Origin: Yuukianura sp. NJ FZ-2021 | Taxonomy: Eukaryota | Assembly (NCBI GenBank): GCA_046563655.1 | Contig: CM102285.1 | Coordinates: 15,066,001 to 15,130,000, forward strand | Length of the DNA: 64,000 nt | Reading direction: 5' to 3' | Shown here: positions 26,322-36,132 of the stretch, piece by piece | Layout of the letters: the number at the start of each line of letters is the position of its first letter | Numbering within the stretch: the first letter of the stretch is position 1 | Made by a program: the position numbers and the translations under genes | Notes under the pieces: model-generated | The model's input: the letters and a program-made list of their open reading frames with translations, nothing else | The model's database searches: none | What the model was told of the DNA's origin: nothing

Positions 26322-29300
26322 ATGTCTTACCTACAAACGAAGCTAATCAGTCACTCCAGGAAGGTTTGCAGTCTCTACAAAAAGGCACTGAGGACTACAG
26401 AGTCTTGGTGTACTGACAGGTAAGGCACTTTTGCTTTTTAAAATTTCAATTTATTGGTCAAGTTGTAGTACAATTCCGAAATGTATCCATTTTAGTTGAT
26501 TTGGTTTTATTATAAATATTATAAATAGTGGAATTTATTATTTAAATTAATTGTTATGAGCTTAATTGTGAGAGTTGCGATTGTTGCGGATATTGCTTCC
26601 ACTAAACCAGCGATAGAGTCTCTTCATGGGAGAAAGTACATCTAAAATATCCAAATCCACAATTGGATTTTTAGTTTCTCTCCTTCCGAATTCCTTTCCA
26701 CCTCCAAATCCCATGGATTTTCTATTCTTTCGTTTCATCACAAACGTTTTAAAAGCGTTCTTAACCTTTGACACGGCTTTGTTGAATTTCCCCGTGAGTC
26801 CAACCATTAACTTCTTCAATCCACTTTGTTTCGGTTTGAAGAATGGGAATGGACCGACGTTTGGCCTCTGACCTTGACCTCCATTTTCATACGTTATGGA
26901 AGGTAGCTGATTTTGAGTGTTGTGGAATGGCATCTCTTCACTTGTTGGATTGAGATACGCGAGAGTAGTTGACATGATCATGACAGGTTGTTGACCATTT
27001 TGCTGTTGAACATTTTGCAGTTGGTCATTCTTTCTCTGGAGTTTAGCTGGAGCAGATTCAATTGAGTTGATCGGAGGTCGTTGATGATACGGGTTCCTGG
27101 ACGGTGTGAATCCCGATTCTCTTCTGAGATTCGTGTTTTGATTCGGGAAGATCGGAATGCTGTCGGCACTTATGCTCATTCCGTTCGGGAATCCCCGTGC
27201 TTCAGGACTTCCACTCCGAATGGCTTTTCCTACCCTGCGATTCTGTTCCGGGTCTGTTCCTAAGCTCCAGTAACGAACTCTTCCTCCGTTGGACTTGTAG
27301 TGACTATGACCCACTTTCTGCACACTGTCATGAATGTTAATTTCACCTTTGTTCACCAGGAAAATCGGAGAGGAGTTTGATACGGTGGAAAAAATGACTA
27401 ACAAGGTCACACAAAACGGCCATTTCCCACGGTGCCTCGTCCTTAAATTCTGGAACATCATGTCCAGAAAAAATTTAAAATCTGGAGGAAATTGAAAAAC
27501 TGCTATTGAAATTTTAGTTCTATCCGGATGTCGTTTTGTGTCAGATTCCGAATCTTGTTCTCAATTTTTGTCTGAGGTCAGTTCGATGCGTGATGCAGAT
27601 TAGGTTTAAAGAGTGGCGTGTCCTGGTCCTTCAATTTTATAAACCATGTTGTCCATTTTGTGTAAATTGGATTGCCATAATTTCAAATTTGAATGGGCAG
27701 AATGTTGAGTTGTGGACAGCAGGAGGTGGGACGTGGGTCGGTGGGTGGAAGATCCGTTCGAGGATGTGGAGTGACAACGATTTAACAATGGACACAAAAG
27801 ATGTGGATCAACAGACTATAAGAGGTGGCAAAAATAAGGAAATTTTAGTGGAAATTACAGAGTAATCAAAGGAAAGCGTGACTCACTTTAACGGATTTCC
27901 GAACTTTATTCGGAATGAGAAGTTAGGACGCGCAGTGCCCAGATACTTGGACTCAACTGGTGCAAAAGACTGTCAGACGGTGACTGAATGCTCGAATGCT
28001 GGCAGTACAATGTGAAAAAATGTTGATGAGAGGCCTAAAATTCCCAATCCTGTGAACTCAATCTTCAATAATCTAAACACCCGAAACGCCAAATCCTTTT
28101 TTCGTTTTTGAACTTCCTTGACCATTTCCTTTACATTTTTCTTAAATTAATGATATTTTCCAAATAATTTTAGCAAGTCACAGTTATGTTTTTGTGTGAA
28201 AATGGGACGAGGATGAAGTGTCATTGTCAGGGTCCGAATGTTAATTCAACAAAACATACAATTTTCAATGATTTGATTAGGAACGATGCTGGCAGCATCA
28301 AGCATCATGCTGCTGAATATTGGACACTACTGATTATGGCGCGAAAATTTTGAATTTTCGTTTGGTTTCATTCCGTGCTTTTTAACTAAAAATGCATGTG
28401 AACTAAACACTTGTTTTTTCAAAGTCATTCTCACATCATTTGAGTAAAAAAGCAAACAAAGGCAATATTTTTGTTTTTGTTTTTTTTTTCTGTTTTTCGC
28501 GAGAATTTTGTGTTTGCAAATTTTTGTGTGTGCGTTTTGTTGAGCACATAAATCGTTGTGTCCATCCAAAGTGACGTTGAAAGGGAAGCAAAGTAGTCCA
28601 AGTACTTGAAGGGCCTCGAGTCTCATTTATGAGAAATAAAACAAGGATTTACTCTCTCAAATTCCTTGCAATTAAAGTTTGGACTCAAATGTTGCGTTTT
28701 TAGAGTGGCCAATACGGATTGTGTTAATTACATTTTCACTTTTCCTTGTCACTTTTTAAGTTCTTCAAAATATTTGGATACACTTGAAGTTTAAAAAGTA
28801 GGTTAAGCTAAATTCCTCAGATCCGAGATGAGATGTGACATGCAAATTACTTAAGTTAGCTGTGACAATGAATTGTGAATTGCTTTTTGTTTAATTTACA
28901 GACACACTTATCGCTACCAAGCAGTGCACATGAGACAACGATTTGAAGAGCATCGAAATGAATTGGACATGCGAAAAGCCAAGGAACTCTTGGAACTGGG
29001 CGAGGAAGAACTCTTTCAGCAATCACACTATCAACCATTTCAATGTAAATTCATCAATCAGTGCACAATTGTCAATTGACTAGGAATTGTCAATTGACCA
29101 GCAATCGACACACAGTGGGAAATTTTTCAGAATTTTATGACCACTTTTTCTATTGACGATTTTTTTGAAAAAAAAAAACCCATTGATTATACCGGCTTTT
29201 ATTCAGAAATGCCAAAAAAAAAACTTACCCCGTGTAATTTGAATCCGAAAAAAGTAACTAAAAATCCGGAACTCAGAAAATTCGGATTGTCTTATTCGAA

Positions 29301-29625
29301 AATTCAGGAAAATTTCCTACTGTGCGACATTCGTCTTTGACCATCAATTGGCAATTGATTCGATATTCATGATAAAGTTGGATATTTTGGGAGTGTAGGT
29401 GAGTTAATTGAATTTTGATTGTTGTTTTTAGTTCCGAAGTCCCCCGGAGGAGTTGCATATGAGCGCGTGGTGACACCGCCTGACTGGGTCCTTGACTTTT
29501 GGGAAGAGCCGGAGAAGGCCCAGTACCCAGATTACTTTGCTAAGAGGGAGCAGCGGAAGAAGGAGTACATTGCTATGTGGGAAAAGAAGTATGGAAAACC
29601 GGATCCAAATGCAGAACATCACTAG
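26322..29625 (+). CDS. NDUFB9: NADH:ubiquinone oxidoreductase subunit B9 (B22, LYR family), 144 aa
   Basis: Exons 26322-26419 (MSYLQTKLISHSRKVCSLYKKALRTTESWCTD), 28902-29044 (RHTYRYQAVHMRQRFEEH) and 29432-29625 (PKSPGGVAYER..PDWVLDFW...EKAQYPDYFAKREQRK). Confidence 0.95.
26562..27461 (-). CDS. Orphan, probably secreted protein (299 aa) nested antisense in NDUFB9 intron 1
   Basis: Uninterrupted 900-nt ORF in AT-rich DNA; basic N-region then hydrophobic WPFCVTLLVIFSTVSNS (signal-peptide-like); CAG acceptor just upstream (~27482-27484). Confidence 0.7.
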   Translation of the reverse strand: MMFQNLRTRHRGKWPFCVTLLVIFSTVSNSSPIFLVNKGEINIHDSVQKVGHSHYKSNGGRVRYWSLGTDPEQNRRVGKAIRSGSPEARGFPNGMSISADSIPIFPNQNTNLRRESGFTPSRNPYHQRPPINSIESAPAKLQRKNDQLQNVQQQNGQQPVMIMSTTLAYLNPTSEEMPFHNTQNQLPSITYENGGQGQRPNVGPFPFFKPKQSGLKKLMVGLTGKFNKAVSKVKNAFKTFVMKRKNRKSMGFGGGKEFGRRETKNPIVDLDILDVLSPMKRLYRWFSGSNIRNNRNSHN

Positions 29626-29864
29626 ATGTAATCGTTTCTAGAAGTAATCGATGAAAATTGAAAACTTGGGATTTCAATTTAAATGTGTAGCAAAAAGTAG
29701 TTATAACTGATTACATTGTGGCTAATTCTGTAAAAATAAGGTGTCACTGCCTCAAAGTTAAAGTAAAACCATGTATAAATTGCGAGTTTTAAAGAGTTTG
29801 GTTTTAATAGGGTAAAAATGTGAAGAGTTGGCTGAAAAAAGGCTAAAATTCTAAAGGAACGAAT

Positions 29865-30932
29865 TTAGTGAGACTTTTTCTTATCCTCGATGTATTCTAG
29901 TTTCCGTCCACACAAATCCATTAGCTCACCTTTGCGACTGCTCAGATTTGCTGTTCCAATGGCTGACGTAGTGGTGTCTGGTTGGTCATCGTCGTCGTCA
30001 CTTGAGTCATCGTAACACGACAGTCCTGGTAGAATCCCGATGCAAACTAAGCTTCCTTTGTCCGGAACGCTTTCGATTACAAATGAGGAGTCGCTGCTGG
30101 ATCCTGATTGGTTGGGTGATTCAGTCACTGAGACGGTAGCAGAGGATGTTTGGTTGGTTACAGCCTCGGTGTCGTCTGAAGAAAAAAAAGTTGTGTTATA
30201 TTAGGGTGAAAGTGATTTGACAGATTTCCCAATCGAAGTAATCATAATCAAACGCTGACCTGGTTTTGACTTTTTTGGTGATGCTGAAGCAGTTTCGGTT
30301 GGAATGCTCTTCCGTTTGACTAACCCTGCCAGTAATTGGCTTTGTGAAGTTTTCTTAATCCCAATTGACGGGATATCCTCTGCAGGTTTTGATTTCTTGG
30401 TACTCACAACTTTGATTTCTTGATGAATTGCATTTTCGATTTCTTTCTCCCTCAACTGGGACACGGCGTTTCGAAATTCGGAGAGTTCCTTGGCCTCCTC
30501 CAGTCGTTTTCGTTTTTCCTCTTCCAGTCGAGCCTCTTCGACGTAGTCAAGGAACTGCACTTCTTCATCGTCCAATGTCTTGACCAGGTTCTCTGAAAGA
30601 AATAAAATGTTAAATTGTCTTCAATTTCTGTGTTAATTAATTAGTTAATGAATTACTTACTTAGTTTGTGTGACTCTTCGAATTCTTCTTGCTTCCTGTC
30701 TTTCTGTTCCTTGAGTCGATCGTAGAGCGAGCGAGTGTCAACGATTTCTTCCGGTGCTTCTGTAATTCAAATCCACAAATTATAACTAGATAAACAATGG
30801 TTTGTCCATGTTCTTGTTAATCGATTAACGTTTACCTGCTGGTTCTTCTGGTTTTCTAACTTTTTCCCACTGCTCTTGTCGAACTCTCCTCTTCTCCAGA
30901 ATCTCCGCTTCTGTAACAAATCCTGAACTCAT
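29865..30932 (-). CDS. PSME3IP1: PSME3-interacting protein (FAM192A/NIP30), ~279 aa
   Basis: Exons 30932-30836, 30759-30661, 30592-30260, 30175-29865. MSSGFVTEAE..RQEQWEKVRKP..RSLYDRLKEQKDRKQEEFEE..LDDEEVQFLD and CIGILPGLSCYDDSSD motifs. Confidence 0.92.
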
Positions 30933-31834
30933 GTTGCACACAAAGTGATATGATTTTCTACCTTTTCTATTCACAATTAATTGCAGACTAATTTAATTAA
31001 CACCGAGGATTGATTACGAAAATTAAAAATAGCAATCGAGAGTTTCTTTCGGGAGCTCTGTTTTGTTTTTAGTTCGAGGAAAATTGGCGGGTTATCTCTT
31101 CTTTCAAATTAAAAATTGAATTTTTATGAGTTTGTGTAGAAGCTCCACACATCTCACCACACCTTATTCTTACATAGGTGGGCATTTTTATTATTTAATT
31201 TTAATTTGTTACTGGTAGCCTTGAAGTGTTAACTGTGCTTGTTAAAATTTATCAAATGTGTTACTTAATTAATTAAATTAATTAACAATTTAACTAATTA
31301 GCATAAGTAAAACTTTCGAACAATGAAAATAAATGGGTAATGGTAACTTTGCCCGTTCATGTGAGAGTGAGGGATGTTGTGTATTTCTTATTTATTTTGG
31401 TTGGTTATGAAATCATCTGATCATTGTTTTTTCCAAATTATAATTTAACATTTGTGTTTTTGTCTAATCAGAATTCCGTAACATCGCATTCGCAGGGAGT
31501 GTCAAAATTAATCAATTAGCTTAACGTCGAATCACTGGTCATTCCAAGCTAGGTCAGCTTTGCTTTGGGTTCTGTCTAGAACGGAAGGATCAGGGAGGTC
31601 ACGAGGTTATATCTGTCCTTCGTATTGCATCAATTCAAGAATCATCTTTTGGAATGCTGTTCCGGTTGACTGCTTCTGGAAGATGAAAATGACCAGTTAG
31701 ACATAAGTAATTGACCTACCATTAGCTGCTCACTTAGAGAACAGGAACAGGTACGCCAACTGTGTTTTTATGGTTTTACTTAATTTCTGACTGATTTGAT
31801 TGATTGATGTTCTGTTTGTAGATTTTTAAGCTTC

Positions 31835-33313
31835 ATGAAGAAGATGGATCTTGTTTTTGAGAGATGTCTAGCCATGGACCTCGACTTTCCCATTCTCGAT
31901 TCTCCAATTTGGTTGTTTGGACGGTCATTCTCTATCCACTATGGTAAGAAGAACGCTGCACAAGGTTAGAAATTAGAACCAACGTTTTTTGTACGTAGAA
32001 CTTTAATTGAAAATGAATCCAAGTGACTTGACATTTCAATTTCTCTCTTTTCAGATTTGGACGAGCTAAGACGTACAGTTGGAAGTTGCATTTGGTTGAC
32101 TTACAGAAAAAACTTCCCTTCAATACCCCCTACGAGCTTAACATCAGACAAAGGGTGGGGCTGCATGATTCGATGTGGACAGATGATGATTGCAAAGGCA
32201 TTGCTCCGGCGCCACCTTGGTCCTCACTGGTACTGGGAACACACTTTGCGGACTAAAACGTACCTCCAGATTCTGGCTCTCTTTGAAGACACTTCGTCAG
32301 CCCTGCTGTCTCTCCATGAAATCTCTAAAAGTGGAGCTTCACTGGGAAAACCAATTGGTTCCTGGCTCGGTCCAAACACAGTTGCACAAGCCCTCAAACG
32401 AATTCTGTCTACGAGTGCTGCGAATCCAGTTGATCTCGAGATGGTCATCGCCATGGACTCGAGTCTCGTCAGGTCAGAGGTCAAGAGGAGTTGTCTCAAG
32501 ACACACTTGAGGAAAGAGGCCAAAAGCGAGGTCACGTCACTCTCGGTTCCTGTCCTCAATACCCCAAGGTGAGAAAACTAGGTTTCGTTTTTCGAAAAAT
32601 TGTTTTCGAAAAAGTATTTTTGAGAAGTATTTTTGAATTTTTACAGGGAAAGTTCGAGATGGAAACCATTGGTGCTTGTAGTTCCGCTGCGTCTAGGATT
32701 GTCTCAACTTAATCCAGAATACGTCCCTGCTTTTCGCACAGTGTTCGAAGTTAAGCAAAATATTGGCATTCTCGGCGGCAGACCAAATTCTGCACTCTAT
32801 TTTATCGGATACGCAGGTAAAAGTCAAAATGCATGTTTGATCAATTAGTTGAAGCGTGATTAACTAAATTCTTTTCTTTCTTTTGCAGAAGATGAAGTTT
32901 TGTTTCTGGATCCTCATACTGTCCAATCAGCAGTGACTGTTGGAGGGAAAATCTTTGAAACGGAAATTGAGGCTGATGCATCGTACCACATTTCTAAACC
33001 CGGCAGAATGCCGTTTGCAGCAATGGATCCATCTTTAGCAGTTTGTTTCTACTGCAGTTCAGAAGAAGACTTTGACGAACTGTGTACAAATTTAAAAGAA
33101 AGATGGGCCACTACTCCTCTTCCGCTCTTTGAAATCTGTGAAGATCGTCCCACCGATTGGACTCCATCTTCACTTAGCTCTTCAGCGTGCCCCGGAGAAT
33201 CCTGGACAAAAGTAGACGCGCCCAACTGCAGCAACCATTCCCCCAACAACTCTCGTCCATCCCCCTCTCCTTCCTCACAATCACATGAAGATGACTTTGA
33301 AATATTAGGGTGA
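31835..33313 (+). CDS. ATG4: Autophagy cysteine protease ATG4 (ATG4B-like), ~405 aa
   Basis: Exons 31835-31943, 32055-32568, 32647-32816, 32889-33313. [53 protein letters not shown] and C-terminal LIR EDDFEIL. Confidence 0.97.
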
Positions 33314-33843
33314 ACTTTAACCTTAACTTTTTAGTGGTTTACTTACGCTAAGACACCTAATTCGTCTGGATACGCTAATTAGAGTATCGTGTAAATTACA
33401 AAATTATACTCAACTAAAGTCCTATCAGATACCTCTATAAAACTATAAATTAATTGAATTTCAGTAAATAAAATGACATTTCAACATACTACTAAAAATG
33501 GGTACTGCGTTAATTAATTATGACAGACAAAAGCGTAGTCTAAATTTAAATTATAAATTCATTTCAAAGTTAAAATTTTGTTCTAAAAAGTTGCTGTTTA
33601 AAATATTTGAACAAACATTAAAACTTTGTACACCGCTTATGAAGGAAAATTTTGAGGATTTTTTAAAAGTTTGGAAGGTGGGAAAGTTTTCAACAAAACA
33701 CGGATTTCTCTTTAACAAAAACTTTGCCAATCGTAAAAAGTGGAGTCGTAATTTAATTGCTTGTACTGCTGCTCCTTTTAGCTGAAGACCGATTAATTGC
33801 AGGCAGTCGAGACTAATTAACAATTAACACTCCAAATTCGAAG

Positions 33844-34303
33844 ATGGACGAGTATTTAGTCACGGACGACGGAATGAACAAGCAAGTTTTGTTTTGTATC
33901 AACTGCTCTTCCAAGATCCTACTGGCAAATACTGGGACCTTTACCAAATGTGAAATGGTAAGTATCTAAGATACTAACCAGAGTCGTTAATCAATTAACT
34001 CTTGATTAATCGTTGTAGGAGTTACCACGAATGACCCAGAAGAAGGGATCCACAGAGGTGGAAACTGATCTCATCACAGAATGTTTCCAGCTCACTGATG
34101 TCCTTCAGTTTGAGAATATTGGATCCACGAAGCCAGTTGACAATGTCAAGTACTTGGCATGTGCTGACTGTGAACTTGGACCGGTGGGGTGGCAAGGAAG
34201 TCCAGGCACTAGCTGCTTCGTGGCTCTCTCACGCGTTCAGCATGGAAAAGCCAACGATGTTCCTCCGTCGTTAGCTTCTTCGGTAGACGAAAACGCAAAC
34301 TAA
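33844..34303 (+). CDS. RABIF: MSS4/RABIF Rab-interacting factor, 132 aa
   Basis: Exons 33844-33957 and 34019-34303; Zn pairs CINCSSKIL and KYLACADCELGPVGW, plus FENIG. Confidence 0.93.
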
Positions 34304-34582
34304 ACGACCAATGATAAAATTGATCAATTGATGATAATCAATCTAAGGTTTTGAGATTAGTAATTATTTTTGGCAGTATTTTCTAGTTTCATTCCAGAAA
34401 ATAATGTACATCAATAATTTTGTAGCTACGATTCCTATAGGTGGTAAGCTTTGTAGAAGTTTTTTGTTAATTTAATTACTTTCAACAGATAATTGTTATA
34501 AAAGTGAGGAGTTTAACCAAATGTCACTTTTTATTGAATTGTACTTTAATTAGTTTTAGATTCATTTGGATTCCCGAGGTTC

Positions 34583-35744
34583 CTAGTGACGGTGTCCTCC
34601 ATGGGTTCGCTTGTTGCCGAATTTCTGGAAATCATGGTAAGAATTCAAAGTTCGGATAAAAGATATGATTAGGATAAAAGATAACAAGATAATTGAGATA
34701 AAATGTTGATTTATCTTACAGGATGGTGCACTTCTTCCTCCTCTTCTTCGTCTCTGGCCTCATCTGGTTTGATTTCTGGATTTTGGAGAAGGGGATTTTG
34801 ATTAGTAGTGTCATCAGGATTAGTGAGATAAACGGTCGTACCACTGCAAATGTGGATGTGTGATCCAGAACAGCCTGCTTGGTTGACCTTGGCATCTTCG
34901 TAGCCAATTCCATTGGGGGATCCAGTGCCAAGCTTATTGAAAGATCCAGACTCATACTTCGAATCAGCCTCATCTTCATAACCTTCTGGAAATTCGTCAT
35001 TCTCATCTTCCTCATCTTCATCTTCATCTTCATACTTGGGATGTCTCGATCCGTAGAACTTCTCTCTAAGGATCGGTGCATATCGCTTGACAATCTCACG
35101 GATGGTCTTATCTTCTTCATCTTCATCGCTTGTACCTTCATCAGCGACATCAGCGACTACTGGAGGTGGAGTTGTCGTGGTAGTCGTAGTCGTGGCGGCA
35201 TTAGCGGCAGCAGCAGCAGCGATTTGTGCATTTTGGGCAGCAGCGGCAGCCATGATTTGTGAAAGGAGAAACGACTTTTTCCAGAGTCCCATCGCTGGCA
35301 GCATCGGCATTGGTGGAACAACGGTTGCCATTGGAGATGTCGCTGGAGCTGGAGCTGGAGCGGTGCCGGCAGCGGCTGGAGAAATGGCTCCAGAAGCGAT
35401 TGCAGTCATGTAGGCAGTGAATGCAGCGTCTTTGGCTGCTTTCTTGTCAGCCTTGGCTTTTTTCTTGGCTTCTTTGGCCTTGAGCTTCTCTTCGTACGTC
35501 TGGAGTTTGAGTCTAATCAGGGCATCAGCAGGGGATTCAGTGGTGGCTGGAGCAGCAGCAGCGATTTGTCGCTTGGCATCTTCGTGTTCATGACCCTCAA
35601 CTCCTGCTGTTCAAACCAATTATAAAAAAAAATCAAAAACTTTGCAAAAAAAAAAGTCCAAATTTTAAATTTTGGAGTCTATGAGGGGGATGGCTTACCG
35701 TAAACGCAGAGAACTACGGCGACAAGTAGAAGAACAGCCTTCAT
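34583..35744 (-). CDS. Secreted low-complexity protein (Ala/Pro/Thr-rich then acidic), ~324 aa, family unknown
   Basis: Exons 35744-35699 (signal peptide MKAVLLLVAVVLCVY), 35606-34720 and 34624-34583; GT-AG junctions in phase. Confidence 0.82.
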
Positions 35745-36132
35745 GATTTTGGAATTTTGAATGAAGATGCTGATTGGACGACTTCCAAAAGACTACTGAT
35801 CAAAATCCAGAAGACGATTGGAAGTACTTAGCAAAAGCTTTTTTTTAATTTGAACTTCTGGATTTGCATCTGGAGTGACAAAGACGCTGTGACAAAGTCA
35901 TGGACAGCCTCCTTGGTCCAGCATCCGACGACAGATGCGATCGTGATCTTCGACTTTGGAATAATCCTTAAGCGGATTAAGTGGTTGATGCCACTCAAAA
36001 GATTTGGAAATCAACCCATTGCAAAACACTCAACCCAAAATTTTCCAGTTTGTTAGCTTGTTTGACAGAATTTTCAAAATTTTAATTTTAAGAATTTTGA
36101 AATTGAATTTACAAGTGTTAGATAATGTGTCG

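Noticed and set aside
26330..26420. RNase P CR-I-like GGAAGGTTTG motif
   Set aside because: Explained as NDUFB9 coding exon 1.
34716..35413. Overlapping ORFs in other frames and on the opposite strand
   Set aside because: Shadows of the repetitive codons of the secreted protein gene; the same applies to antisense ORFs over calpain, ATG4, FANCA and the CUB exons.
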